A stretch of DNA of 24,069 nucleotides from a virus (IMGVR_UViG_3300020044_000807:1-24069); one strand, 5' to 3'. Positions 7,043-17,404 are shown, counted from the first letter of the stretch. Translations and numbers: made by a program. Notes: generated from the letters alone by a model not told the origin.

Positions 7043-7981
7043 TTATGAGTAAAGAACGATTTCTGTTGGGTTAACATAAGCGAAACCAACTTTTAAATTC
7101 GCACGTGTACGTAAGTAAGGTTCAGCAACCGTGTCATTCAAGTTAACTGCTTTTAATGCTTTTCCGTCTCCTTCTCCGTCAAATGCGTAGATTAAGTTAG
7201 ATTTCAAAGTCAATACCATATGGTTGTTCGGCATACCTTCAGCAACTACAACTTTAATTCCTAAGAAAGTCAAAGCTAAAGGAGTTGTGATATACGTTTG
7301 AGTGTTACCAGATGCAGTAGCAAGTTCTAAAGCGTTAGCAATGTTAGAAGAAACATACAATCTTAAATCAGCTTTTTTACGACTAATTGAAGCTGGTGCA
7401 GCGTTCAATACTTTTACGATTTCAGCGATAACATTTGAAGATGTGATAGTCGCTTTAGCAACGTCAACAACTCCAGCATCAGCTTTTAATTTTTTGATGT
7501 AACCATCGCATAAAGTAATTAATTCTAAACTAAGTCCCATTGGAGCAGTAGCTGCATCCACATCTCCTTGCCAACGTAGGTACTCAACATCTTCAGAAAT
7601 TTGCATAGCCATTTCATTCCAGTAGTAAGACATAAAAGATGCAACAGAGAAATCTCCGTTAGAACCTTGTGCCATTTGTAAAGCTAAAAACGATTGCTCC
7701 AAGTCAAACTGGCATAATTGAGCCATAGCAGATAAAGCACAAACGTCAATATCAACTGCATCTAAAGAATCAGATGGTGCAGTGAAGTTACAATTTGATG
7801 CTTGTAAAATTGCTCCAAAAGTAACAGATGCTAATTTTGTAGCACTTTTAATTCCTGGCAATGTACGATAGTTATCTACGATATCCTCAGCGATGTAAGA
7901 ACGACCATAGAACTCATTAGGATTAGGACATAACAATGCATTTGCTTCGATGTCCAAGTCAAATTTAAGATTTCTTTCCAT
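7043..7981 (-). CDS. Major capsid protein
   Basis: 312 aa after the protease/scaffold gene and before a strong terminator; WQGD, CDG.IK and EIVLY motifs recalled from Bacteroidota phage capsid proteins. Confidence 0.8.
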   Translation of the reverse strand: MERNLKFDLDIEANALLCPNPNEFYGRSYIAEDIVDNYRTLPGIKSATKLASVTFGAILQASNCNFTAPSDSLDAVDIDVCALSAMAQLCQFDLEQSFLALQMAQGSNGDFSVASFMSYYWNEMAMQISEDVEYLRWQGDVDAATAPMGLSLELITLCDGYIKKLKADAGVVDVAKATITSSNVIAEIVKVLNAAPASISRKKADLRLYVSSNIANALELATASGNTQTYITTPLALTFLGIKVVVAEGMPNNHMVLTLKSNLIYAFDGEGDGKALKAVNLNDTVAEPYLRTRANLKVGFAYVNPTEIVLYS

Positions 7982-7985
7982 TTTA

Positions 7986-8960
7986 TTATTTGTTTGTAAA
8001 TGCGTGTCTATACGCAGTAAAATTTTGTTGAGCAGTTAATTTAGTAGCAATTACTTCTTCCGTTGGCTCAACTTCAACTTCTAAAGAATTTTTTAATTCT
8101 GCGATTAATTGCAGAACTTCGTTAATTTTTTCGTCAATTAAAGGCATAACGATAGAAGTGATTGCTTCTGTGTCCATAGCTGGGTCGATTGCCATTGCAA
8201 CTTCTTCTTCAACTACTTCTTCTTCTACAACATCTTCCATAGCTACTTCTTCTTCGACTGGAACTTCTGGTGCTGGCTCATTAGCCAAAGCAACTTCTTC
8301 TTCCATTACTACATCTTTAATCTCAACAACTTGTCCGTCTTTTACAACATAGATTTTGTCTTCGATTTGATGTTCTCCGTCTGGTAGATTCATACTATAT
8401 TTGTTTTGTGATTGCAATTTTGTATCTTTCAACTTCATACCTAAAAACCCCTCAATCGAGAAACCAACTTGTCCGCTTTCTACTAACTTAGTATAGTACT
8501 CTTTGTCAGTGATTTGAGCAGTTAACATTAACGTTCCTTTTGGTACACTAATACCATAAGAAGAAAGTGACTTATCTTCCATTGGGTTTTCTACTATCCA
8601 CGCTTCTAAAATGTAAGCTGGTACATCTTGACTTTTATCGTGTTCTAAATTGAAAAGATTTTTGTTGTTTAAATTTAACATAAACTCAGAAAAGATATTC
8701 TCAATTTCTTGCTCTGTAAATTCAACAAAGTACTCCTCGCCATCGTCATTTCTGTAAATCTCCATTGGAATCATTGCTGGTGCAACAATTCTCATTTTAG
8801 GCTCATCTGCAAAATGGAATACTTGGTTTGAGTTAAATGCCATTCCTTTAATTTTAACGGCTGGTTTTGAAGTGAAAGCAACTTGCTCAATTCCTAACTC
8901 GTTCCCCTCTGAATATTCAGGGTCGATAGTTATTTTATAAATTGGTAAATTCTCTTTCAT
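7986..8960 (-). CDS. Prohead protease (XkdF-like) fused to an acidic scaffold region; likely start MKENLPIY at 8960
   Basis: APAMIP..IYR, NLEH, E.WIVE, GFSIEG motifs, then LPDGEH and a Glu-rich tail. The ORF-track start at 8978 falls inside the promoter motif. Confidence 0.8.
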   Translation of the reverse strand: MKENLPIYKITIDPEYSEGNELGIEQVAFTSKPAVKIKGMAFNSNQVFHFADEPKMRIVAPAMIPMEIYRNDDGEEYFVEFTEQEIENIFSEFMLNLNNKNLFNLEHDKSQDVPAYILEAWIVENPMEDKSLSSYGISVPKGTLMLTAQITDKEYYTKLVESGQVGFSIEGFLGMKLKDTKLQSQNKYSMNLPDGEHQIEDKIYVVKDGQVVEIKDVVMEEEVALANEPAPEVPVEEEVAMEDVVEEEVVEEEVAMAIDPAMDTEAITSIVMPLIDEKINEVLQLIAELKNSLEVEVEPTEEVIATKLTAQQNFTAYRHAFTNK

Positions 8961-8966
8961 ACAATT

Positions 8967-8995
8967 AATATTGTACATTTATTATAAAGTGTTTA
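8967..8995 (-). promoter_or_regulatory. Putative phage-sigma late promoter 2
   Basis: TAAACA-N15-ACAATATT, 6 nt before the ATG at 8960. Confidence 0.75.
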
Positions 8996-9003
8996 AAAAT
9001 TTG

Positions 9004-9011
9004 TATATTTG
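9004..9011 (+). promoter_or_regulatory. Bacteroidota -7 promoter element for the inverted gene pair
   Basis: TATATTTG 13 nt before the ATG at 9025; poor -33 match. Confidence 0.6.
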
Positions 9012-9024
9012 CTAAAAAAACGTT

Positions 9025-9573
9025 ATGGTAAAAATTAAAGAATTTGATGTTAAGAATGAAATCAATGAGTTCACAATTGAGGAGTTCGAGAATGTTTCTC
9101 GCATTTTAAATGATGAGGATGTAGAAAAGTTTGAACGATGGGCTAACCTTTTAATTTATTTAGGTGTGCCAGAGTCAGAAGTTTACGACTTAGACTTTAC
9201 AGAATTTGTAAAATATATTGGTATATTTTCAGATACTAAAGTTAAACCCTCAAGTGAGTTTTGTAAATCAATTGAGTTGGATGGCTATACTTACACATCG
9301 CACGAAGATGAGTTGAAGATTTCAGTACGTGAGATGAAAATGATTGAAAAGCAAGTGTCTAATAATCCACACAATTACATTAGTTATTTAATGTCGGTTT
9401 TATTTAAGCGTAACGACTTAACAAAAGTAGAACACTATACAGATGCACATATCAAACAAAAAGCAAAGTTGTTTAGTTCTTTGTCTGCTGAACTTGCTAT
9501 TCCATACGCTACATTTATTGGTTTAAAATTATCTAACAGAATTGAGAATGCACCTACCGAAATCGTGGAGTAA
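9025..9573 (+). CDS. Hypothetical protein, tail-assembly-chaperone-like (paralog A)
   Basis: Acidic 182-aa ORF between head and tail genes; shares layout with the next ORF. Confidence 0.5.
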   Translation: MVKIKEFDVKNEINEFTIEEFENVSRILNDEDVEKFERWANLLIYLGVPESEVYDLDFTEFVKYIGIFSDTKVKPSSEFCKSIELDGYTYTSHEDELKISVREMKMIEKQVSNNPHNYISYLMSVLFKRNDLTKVEHYTDAHIKQKAKLFSSLSAELAIPYATFIGLKLSNRIENAPTEIVE

Positions 9574-10279
9574 CATCTCGGTAAGTCAATATGCAGAATT
9601 AAAAGGACTTGATGCGAGTTCTTTTGATTCTGTTTTTGATTATAACCTTGAGATGCTTTCTATTATTACCGATACCGATATAAACGAGATTGAAGACTTA
9701 GATTTTGATGAGATGACTGCTATATTATTGCAGTTAAATTGGATTAATCGTGAACCAAACAAGCCCATTAATCGGAATATTGCCGATTTACACTACATAG
9801 GATTACAACATTTAAAAGTTGGGGAGTTTATAGACCTTGAATATTACTTTACTAACAACTATTACACGCATCTAACCGAAATTTGTGGTGTTCTTTATAG
9901 AAAGTCTAAACTTGACGAATGGAATAACGTAGTATATGAACCTTATACATACGATTTAAACGAACGTAAACAACTATTTAACCAAATACCTTGCTCAGAT
10001 GTTTATGGTATCTTAAAAGACTACATTTTATTTAGAGATAATTTTATGGAATCGTATATAAATCTGTTTCAAGAACCAGCAACCGATGAAATCGAAGACG
10101 ATTTAACAGATGAGGAAGCAGAAGAAGTTAAGAAAGAAGACAATCTAAATAAATGGTCGTGGGAGAAAACGCTTTACATCTTAGCAAATGAGGACATAAC
10201 CAGAATTGACGATGTCCTTAAAATGAATTTGATATTCGCATTCAATATGCTATCAATGAAGACTGACTTGCAACTTTAA
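9548..10279 (+). CDS. Hypothetical protein, tail-assembly-chaperone-like (paralog B); likely start MHLPKSW
   Basis: LPKSW.NISV.QY, LKVGEFIDLE, KW.W...LY.LA..DIT..D.V motifs; ATG at 9548. Confidence 0.55.
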   Translation: MHLPKSWSNISVSQYAELKGLDASSFDSVFDYNLEMLSIITDTDINEIEDLDFDEMTAILLQLNWINREPNKPINRNIADLHYIGLQHLKVGEFIDLEYYFTNNYYTHLTEICGVLYRKSKLDEWNNVVYEPYTYDLNERKQLFNQIPCSDVYGILKDYILFRDNFMESYINLFQEPATDEIEDDLTDEEAEEVKKEDNLNKWSWEKTLYILANEDITRIDDVLKMNLIFAFNMLSMKTDLQL

Positions 10280-10704
10280 AAGAATGCAGTTGTCGGTGCG
10301 GTTGGTAGATTAGGATAAGGCGAATCAATCCAATTAAACTTGATTGAAACAATAGGGTTATTTAGAATCTTAGCCATATCTAATAAAGGGTAGTTTTTAA
10401 ACTGCCACGCAATGTAGTCTTGAGTAACTTCTGCAAGAATATCTTTTACATCTCCACGTTGTAACCATTTGTCAGTAATTGAATAAGGTGGTATACCTCT
10501 ACTTGTACCCTCATCTAAAAACAAATAGTAAAACATTGCATTGATAGTGACGTTAATTTTATTTAGTTCGTCTCCAGTCATTGCAGATATTCGTATCGAA
10601 TCGTATAACGTACCAAAATCAATTAATCCCAAATCTCTAATTTCTTTCTGTAAAGACTTAGCCAATTTATTACGTGTTGAATATTTTACTTTAAAGGTTG
10701 CCAT
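10276..10704 (-). CDS. Putative tail completion/neck protein
   Basis: G.L.DSI and Y..FLDEGT pattern reminiscent of HK97 gp10-like proteins; context. Confidence 0.5.
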   Translation of the reverse strand: MATFKVKYSTRNKLAKSLQKEIRDLGLIDFGTLYDSIRISAMTGDELNKINVTINAMFYYLFLDEGTSRGIPPYSITDKWLQRGDVKDILAEVTQDYIAWQFKNYPLLDMAKILNNPIVSIKFNWIDSPYPNLPTAPTTAFF

Positions 10705-11147
10705 TAGTTCGGTGTTTCAATTGGTATAACACACTCTGGTAGATTTGCAATTTCAAATGTAATAGTCATTACCCAGCCAGCACAATAGTCCAAATCAAAA
10801 TTATTTAATGGTGTTGTGTTCATTGGACTAATTACGTCAATACTCAAATCTACTCCATCGTAAAAGTACAAATAAAAATCGTTTAGTATCAATTCAGTAT
10901 CTGATAAAATTACGTTTATATTTTGACGGTCTTTTTGAATTATATCCAAACAATAAACATCAAAGTTAAATTGTCTTGTATTAAGTCCAGCACTTGTTGA
11001 AGTTGGCACTGCATAGACAATAGGATACTTCTCGTCTTTAGTAGCAAAATTAGGCATTTGTTCTTTGAAGTCTGAACCGAACTTTTTAACTTGTAGATGT
11101 GCGTTACAAAACGCAGTCATTTTATTAATTATAACTTGGTAACTCAT
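10704..11147 (-). CDS. Putative tail terminator protein
   Basis: YP.VY, ILSDT..IL.D, AGW.MT.T pattern; directly follows the tape measure gene. Confidence 0.5.
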   Translation of the reverse strand: MSYQVIINKMTAFCNAHLQVKKFGSDFKEQMPNFATKDEKYPIVYAVPTSTSAGLNTRQFNFDVYCLDIIQKDRQNINVILSDTELILNDFYLYFYDGVDLSIDVISPMNTTPLNNFDLDYCAGWVMTITFEIANLPECVIPIETPN

Positions 11148-13162
11148 AGCGTTGCGGATTCTTTTATTTTATTCATTTTATTTTGTGATGCCGTTATTTC
11201 AGATTCAACAACAACCGCCTTAATAACTGGTTGATTTTGTAAACCATTATTTGTAGAACTTAGATTGTTTGCTTGTCCATTACCAGATGCAAACATTTGA
11301 GTTTGTGGATTCATTGATGGTACAGATGCAGTAGCACTACCACCACCACCAGCAGACGCACCAGCACCACCATCAAATGTAGTAGACGAAATCTTTTTAA
11401 TGTTAATCAATCCAGCAGCCACCGCAATCGCAGCCATAACCGCACCGAGTATTGGGTTACCAGCAGATGCAAACGCAGAAGTAGCACTCTTATAAGTGTC
11501 AATTGTAGCACTTGCTATATTCGCAGCCTTTTGAACTTGGAACGCTTTCTTTTGCGATGCTTTTGATTTTCCAGCAAATGCTTCCGCTAAGTTACCAATC
11601 GTTTGTAAACCACTTTGAACCGCTTCAACTTTTTGTGCGTTTAGTTTTGCTTCTTTGTCTTCTTCCTCTTTTCTATACTTGTCGTTTGTTTCTGCAAGTT
11701 TCTTTTTCTCCTCGTCATTTAATGCTTGAAGCAATGCACTATCCTCTCCAGCAATTAAACGTTTAGCTTCAAAGTCAGCTTTAATCTTTTGAAGTTCTAA
11801 TTGTTGTGCAGTCTTACCAGTTTCAGCTTTTAATTTATTAAACTCTTCATCCTTAACTTTTTGTTCTGCATTAAGTTTATTCTGGAGTTCTACTTTTTTC
11901 GCATCAGCTTGTTTATTCTCTTCAAGTGTTAAGTCTAAATATTTTTGATTGATTATTTTCTTATCATTAAACTCTTGTTCTTGAAGTTGTAAGTCAATAG
12001 TTGCACGTTCCAGTGCGGTTAATTTTGAATTTTTAAGATTGTCGACTCTAAGACGTGAATACTTTGTTTCATTTGCTTTTAATTCTTTAGTAATACCCTC
12101 ATCCATTAATGCGATGTTTGTATCTTCTATTTGTCTTGCAGTTTCTAAACGTTGTTTAGCGTATTCTTTTTGTTGCTCTCGTTTCTTGTCGTTTGCTTCT
12201 TTGTTATTCTTAACGCTTTCTTCGTTTGCTTTCTTGTCGTCTGCTACTGATTGTGCTTTAATCTTCTTAACGTTGTATGTACTTTCGTCTATTAAGTTTT
12301 TAGTTTCTGTTAAACTATCTTTAATCGCTTTAATCTGGTCTTTGTCTAAACTATTACTTATTGCATTATCTTTTAATTGTTGTTGAAGTGCCTCTTGTCT
12401 AAGTTCTGCCGTTTGAATTATAGCTTTTTGTTTGGCAATCTCTAATTGAGTTGTATTTTTACCTTCAATTCTTGCAATCTCAATTTGTCTGTCGTATGTT
12501 TTTACTATTCTGTCGCCTTTAGTCTTGTAAGAATCTGCAATCTTTTTATTTGACTCAATAGATTTTTTAGCTTTGTCTTCTTCTGCAAAGTTTGTAAGCC
12601 CTAACCAATCAGCAAAATCTTTTAACTTTTGAATAACAAATGCAATTGCCTTGCCTATTGCATCAAATATAGGTTTAATTAAACCCAATTTATTTAAGAA
12701 TAAACCAATTGCAACAACAATAGCAATAATAGCAGCGACTAATAAGAAGATAGGATTCGCTAATAGTTGAAGCCCAAACGTTACAAATGCTTTTCCTAAA
12801 GAACCAACCGTGCTAATTAAGCCTTTAATTGAAGCTCCAACGTCAGATGGTTTTAAACCAGTCAAAGATTTACCGAATACTTTTGCTTTGTCGGATGCTT
12901 CCTCAAAGTCTAAACTAAACAATGAGTCTTTTAAAGAACTAAATTGATTACCTATTGATTCAAACTTCGAACCAGTAGCAAAATTCTTAACGTTCTCATT
13001 TGCATCTTTTAACTTGTCAGATAATACCCCAGCACGTTCAGCAAGTTGTTGCATTTGTTCAGGGTCGGTAGCATTTGCTAACTCCCCTTTAAGTTCTCTT
13101 AACTCGCTTTTTATTTGTGCTAATCCGTTTAGCTTAATTGGTATCTCAATGCTTTCTGCCAT
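11144..13162 (-). CDS. Tail tape measure protein
   Basis: 672 aa of coiled coil with ANPIFLLVAAI hydrophobic segment, Ala-rich C-terminal part and KAVVVESEIT end. Confidence 0.8.
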   Translation of the reverse strand: MAESIEIPIKLNGLAQIKSELRELKGELANATDPEQMQQLAERAGVLSDKLKDANENVKNFATGSKFESIGNQFSSLKDSLFSLDFEEASDKAKVFGKSLTGLKPSDVGASIKGLISTVGSLGKAFVTFGLQLLANPIFLLVAAIIAIVVAIGLFLNKLGLIKPIFDAIGKAIAFVIQKLKDFADWLGLTNFAEEDKAKKSIESNKKIADSYKTKGDRIVKTYDRQIEIARIEGKNTTQLEIAKQKAIIQTAELRQEALQQQLKDNAISNSLDKDQIKAIKDSLTETKNLIDESTYNVKKIKAQSVADDKKANEESVKNNKEANDKKREQQKEYAKQRLETARQIEDTNIALMDEGITKELKANETKYSRLRVDNLKNSKLTALERATIDLQLQEQEFNDKKIINQKYLDLTLEENKQADAKKVELQNKLNAEQKVKDEEFNKLKAETGKTAQQLELQKIKADFEAKRLIAGEDSALLQALNDEEKKKLAETNDKYRKEEEDKEAKLNAQKVEAVQSGLQTIGNLAEAFAGKSKASQKKAFQVQKAANIASATIDTYKSATSAFASAGNPILGAVMAAIAVAAGLINIKKISSTTFDGGAGASAGGGGSATASVPSMNPQTQMFASGNGQANNLSSTNNGLQNQPVIKAVVVESEITASQNKMNKIKESATL

Positions 13163-13165
13163 AAC

Positions 13166-13194
13166 TATATTGTCAGTCTTTTAAATTTCGTTTT
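13166..13194 (-). promoter_or_regulatory. Putative phage-sigma late promoter 3
   Basis: AAAACG-N15-ACAATATA, 3 nt before the ATG at 13162. Confidence 0.75.
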
Positions 13195-15742
13195 ATAGAG
13201 TTACTATGTTTAACGTTCCATTTGAGTGAACATACATATCCCCAGCAGTAAGACCTGAATCTTTAGCTTGTCTTTCATTTTGGAATACTGGAATATTTGC
13301 CAATCTAACAACTCCAAATTCTGCGTTTGATGCTTTCACACTTGGCACAATTATACCATCGTCTGTGGGTGTTAAATCGTTTCCTATCCACATTCCTTTT
13401 AAACCGCTTCCAATTACGTTACCACTTCCCATAACAATCGCTTGAGCAGATGAGTCTATTGCATTGATGCTATTGTTTACGGCATTGCTTATTCCTTGAA
13501 AGATTGACGAGTTTTCCGATTGAGTAATCATCTTTGGAATGCTACTTTTAAACGCCACCAAATCAATATCAGTATCAATGCTCATCAACTCTACTTTGGT
13601 AAGTAACTTTTGGTTAACTGAATAATCAATTATTTTGTTTATAGTCCACCAAGAATTATCTATGCGTATTTTATCATTTAATTTTAATGATTGAATATCT
13701 AACTCGTCTAAGTCAAAGTAAGCAATTAACATTTTACCAGTATTAATCTGCGATATAGTTCTTCTCCAATATTGGTTATATAAGTTGTTGTTTGTAATTT
13801 GGAATCCCGTATAATAATAGAAATCACACAAACCAAAGTTAATATCAAAACTCGGATTTAATGGGTCATCCCAATGTCCAGCGTATGGATATGAAGTTAA
13901 GTTGTTTTGTCCAGTAGTTCCATAATCGTACAAATTAAACGTGTTGCAAGCTTTCAATCCACCATCGTACAATATTCTCAAATTAACTTTAGGCTCTGCA
14001 AAGCTAAACGATGGAACGAATGCGTTAAATGGAGTTTGTAATAATGGCGTTGGACTAAAGATTAACTCTTTTTTGTCGACTCCTTTTATATATTCGTTGT
14101 CAAATGTGAACTCAACTTGACCAAAAACTTCGCGTGTTGTGTCAAAGTATTTTTTATTTGCTTCGTCTGAATCTTGTTTGTATGTAAGTTGTATTTTCTT
14201 TCCAGTTAATTCAGGTAAAAATTGCAATGTTTGGTCGCTATCTTTTGCGAGTTTGTAAGTCCAATCTTTCTCCGTGCCACTATCAACAAAATTGTCACGT
14301 GTTGTTAAGTTCAATATGTTTGGATTGTTTTTGTCTGATTCAATGTAAAGGTTATACATTTGAAAAATAGACTTTAAGAAATCCTTTTGCTTTATCTTTG
14401 CTGGTATAAAACCACCTAAACTAATATTTGTACCACTTATTACCGTTGTTGAAGATGGTAGTACTTTTATTTTAACTGAATTGGCTACCATTTGAGAATT
14501 GATAGTAACAAATGAACCCCAAGGAGAACTACTTGCACTTCTCCAATTCATAGCATTAGGGCTAAAATTGGCATTAGGTGCTATTGATATGTGAATCCCT
14601 ATTGCAACTCTCAAATCATCTCCAGCAACAATTCCAGAAACTGGTATGTTAAAACTTTTAAGTTTATTATCTATATTCGTAATTGGTGCAGAACTTAATG
14701 TTAAAGGCACACTAATAGGGTCTGAATAAGTTACTGAAATCTCCGCACCATTTTTATATATAGCTATAAATGGTCGAATATACATTGCTGAAAAATTGGC
14801 AGTACCACTAAGAATAAGCCAATTATCAATTAAGTATGCAATTGCACCACTTGAATTAAGTAAGTTAATTGAGTAGTCAATATCCACTTGGAAATTATAA
14901 GCATCTCCAGTACTTAATGTAAATGGTGTGTCGTATGTTCCAGTCGTTGGATTAAATAAGTTTAATTCATCTACTAACTCAGTGTAATTTGTAACAAATG
15001 TACTTGCTGGTGTATTGAATAAAGTACTAAATGATTTTGTTGCCGTTGCCTCTACTAAATAATTATTATAAATATCTCTTTTTACATTTCCAACAAATGG
15101 AATAAGTAACTTATCAAACCTATCAACTTCTAAAGAATCCCAATTATAAGTGAATCCTTGTGATGAAAATATTTTATCGAAGTAAGTCTTTGCATATATT
15201 GCTGGCTTTGCTTCTTTGATTGTGTAAGTATTTGTATTCTGGTAACCTAACAAATATTTGTAACCATCGTTTACATCGTGCGACCAACTCGACACAATAT
15301 TTGCCGAACTAATAACGTGGTCTAAGTCGCTAAAGTCTAAATCTGTTAATTCGCTATTGTCTAACTTTACAAAGAAATCGGATGCATCGTCTTTTACTAA
15401 AACTTCATACTCAACAGAATCTTCATAGTTAGCCGTTTCTTGTTTTTTGTTTACAGATAACAATTGTAATACTGCATTTTCTAAAATAGGTATTCCATTT
15501 TGAATAATGCTACATCTTGTCAATGTGTCTATGTTAAAATTTCCAGTTTGAATATTAACATCGTAGTAGTGATTCAAAAGATTATGATTGTTCTTTGTGC
15601 CACTTAAAATTATAGACTTTGAAAACGCACCGCTTCGTTTCGATACATCTCGAATATCAGCAACTCCGAAATTCAAAGGAAAAGCAGTTCCTTCTTTGAC
15701 ATCTAAATAACCACTTTCTAATTGAATCTGTACGTTAAACAT
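13193..15742 (-). CDS. Large tail tip/baseplate hub protein
   Basis: 849 aa; VADIRD.SKR...FSK, KQKDFLKSI.QMYNL, KDWT.KL, L.LNDKI.I motifs. Confidence 0.7.
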   Translation of the reverse strand: MFNVQIQLESGYLDVKEGTAFPLNFGVADIRDVSKRSGAFSKSIILSGTKNNHNLLNHYYDVNIQTGNFNIDTLTRCSIIQNGIPILENAVLQLLSVNKKQETANYEDSVEYEVLVKDDASDFFVKLDNSELTDLDFSDLDHVISSANIVSSWSHDVNDGYKYLLGYQNTNTYTIKEAKPAIYAKTYFDKIFSSQGFTYNWDSLEVDRFDKLLIPFVGNVKRDIYNNYLVEATATKSFSTLFNTPASTFVTNYTELVDELNLFNPTTGTYDTPFTLSTGDAYNFQVDIDYSINLLNSSGAIAYLIDNWLILSGTANFSAMYIRPFIAIYKNGAEISVTYSDPISVPLTLSSAPITNIDNKLKSFNIPVSGIVAGDDLRVAIGIHISIAPNANFSPNAMNWRSASSSPWGSFVTINSQMVANSVKIKVLPSSTTVISGTNISLGGFIPAKIKQKDFLKSIFQMYNLYIESDKNNPNILNLTTRDNFVDSGTEKDWTYKLAKDSDQTLQFLPELTGKKIQLTYKQDSDEANKKYFDTTREVFGQVEFTFDNEYIKGVDKKELIFSPTPLLQTPFNAFVPSFSFAEPKVNLRILYDGGLKACNTFNLYDYGTTGQNNLTSYPYAGHWDDPLNPSFDINFGLCDFYYYTGFQITNNNLYNQYWRRTISQINTGKMLIAYFDLDELDIQSLKLNDKIRIDNSWWTINKIIDYSVNQKLLTKVELMSIDTDIDLVAFKSSIPKMITQSENSSIFQGISNAVNNSINAIDSSAQAIVMGSGNVIGSGLKGMWIGNDLTPTDDGIIVPSVKASNAEFGVVRLANIPVFQNERQAKDSGLTAGDMYVHSNGTLNIVTL

Positions 15743-17156
15743 TTATTGTGTTTTGATTTGCTAATTTAATTGTGATTGTTTTACGAATAAGGTTCTTGTT
15801 GCGTCTGCGATTAACCTCAAACGATGAGTCCGTTACTTGGCACGAAATATATTCATCTCCGAATCTTACAAACGTCAAAGGCGAAGTAAGCAATTGCTCA
15901 AAGTAAACATTCATTTCTTCACTCATCCAATCGGTGTTAAGTTCAAAAGTTTTGTCTAATTGAATTGAGTATGCCGTTTGACCAAATTCAGTAGTCGCAT
16001 AGTTCCACATTTGAGAACTTACAAAACCCTCATTTACTTTGTTATAAGTTTGACGTGCGATAGTTCCGTTCTCGTATGATTTAAGACTAAAACCAAATGA
16101 AGCGATACTTCCCATTCTGTCCATAAAATAAACATCGTATTCATTGATTCTACATCTTTGGTCTATATCAATTGTGTACTGCTCTGAGTATGGGTCTCCA
16201 CCGCCATTGAACAACTGAAATTGTATGAATGTAGTATCGTCTTGAATTATTGGTAACGTACCAGTGTAAGACGTTGGAATAGTATCAACCCCAATGCAAA
16301 TCTGAGTTATCTTTTTAGCAATGTCAATTTGTGTGATATACTGGTCTCCATTTGAATTAAGAATCTCACAAAACAAGTCTGTATCAATAAAGTCATTTGC
16401 TATGTTGAGCCACAAATTTTGTGTTGGTGTAATTGAGAATCCAGTAGTCGGTAAGTCAGTAACAAATAACTGCGTACCAGTACCATCAATTAGATATTGA
16501 TTCTCGTTGTATGTGGTGTAATCTACCCAAGAACGTACTCCATTAAAAACATACTTGTCCGATTCTGTGATTATGGCTAAAGTTTGAGTCTTTCTATTGT
16601 CTGCATAATAAACATTGCCATCAATTGACGCATCGTTTACGTTCGACCATAAAGCACTAATAGTGAATTGAGTTGAAGACTGCACCGACTTAACAACAAA
16701 TAAACCCTCAATAAGTGGATTAGCAAGACCATCGTCTGCTTGTTTAATGCTTACTTGGTCGCCTACAACAAACGTGTGTGTTGCACTTGTGATTTTTACG
16801 AATCCAGCATTATTGGTTAGTGAACTCGAATAAGCAACCCCTTGTATGTATTCCTCTCCAATCTTAACATCGTAGTTGTAATATGAATTGGTTGCGTCTT
16901 GTAGCGTTAAATTGGTTGTATCGAAATCGCTTGTAACTTGTGATTGCAGAAGTTTAGATAAATCTATTTGTCCATATCCATCGTTGAATCTTGGTAGAAC
17001 TTTATACTCTCCTATTTTGGTAGCCGTACCACTTGCATACACTTGAAAGATATATTTAAAACCCAACTTGTTTTTGTTTGTTGAGTTGTATATAAACATC
17101 AAAGGGTTGTATGCTGGTGCGAAGTCGTAAACTTCTGCAATCTTAGTCATCGCCAT
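15735..17156 (-). CDS. Tail structural protein (distal-tail-like) with inserted beta domain
   Basis: 473 aa; PAYNP, FKYIF, LNTDW...E......LLTSP motifs; precedes the hub gene. Confidence 0.6.
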   Translation of the reverse strand: MAMTKIAEVYDFAPAYNPLMFIYNSTNKNKLGFKYIFQVYASGTATKIGEYKVLPRFNDGYGQIDLSKLLQSQVTSDFDTTNLTLQDATNSYYNYDVKIGEEYIQGVAYSSSLTNNAGFVKITSATHTFVVGDQVSIKQADDGLANPLIEGLFVVKSVQSSTQFTISALWSNVNDASIDGNVYYADNRKTQTLAIITESDKYVFNGVRSWVDYTTYNENQYLIDGTGTQLFVTDLPTTGFSITPTQNLWLNIANDFIDTDLFCEILNSNGDQYITQIDIAKKITQICIGVDTIPTSYTGTLPIIQDDTTFIQFQLFNGGGDPYSEQYTIDIDQRCRINEYDVYFMDRMGSIASFGFSLKSYENGTIARQTYNKVNEGFVSSQMWNYATTEFGQTAYSIQLDKTFELNTDWMSEEMNVYFEQLLTSPLTFVRFGDEYISCQVTDSSFEVNRRRNKNLIRKTITIKLANQNTINV

Positions 17157-17185
17157 TATACTATCGGTGTTACTTCTTTTGGTAC

Positions 17186-17404
17186 TTATGTAATCAATTC
17201 TAATTCTTTAACCCACATAAACTTTTCGTTTGTGCAGTTTATCATTTCTTCAGTTGAGATGACCCAATTATCATTTGCATCTTGAATAGGATTAAAGTAA
17301 GAATCATCTGTATACAATTGTCCAGTTAATAAATCTTTTTGTTCTTGGTTTAATAGACCTACTAAGGTGTTTAAGTCTTCGGTTGTAATTTGGTTTATTT
17401 TCAT
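17186..17404 (-). CDS. Small tail-fibre-associated hypothetical protein
   Basis: YFNPIQDANDNWVISTEE motif; the frame continues 9 codons past the stop to 17156. Confidence 0.65.
   Translation of the reverse strand: MKINQITTEDLNTLVGLLNQEQKDLLTGQLYTDDSYFNPIQDANDNWVISTEEMINCTNEKFMWVKELELIT

Noticed and set aside
8190-8310. Repetitive TCTTC/ACTTC tract
   Set aside because: Codons of the Glu/Val-rich scaffold region, not a DNA repeat array or CRISPR.
9522-9536. T TTA AAA slippery heptamer as a lambda G/GT-type -1 frameshift
   Set aside because: The -1 frame stops at TAA 9534-9536; the downstream ORF is in the +1 frame and has its own ATG at 9548.
17186-17188. Genome-wide stop-codon reassignment
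   Set aside because: Long genes are intact under code 11 and TAA, TAG and TGA all end genes normally; only this one site looks premature.
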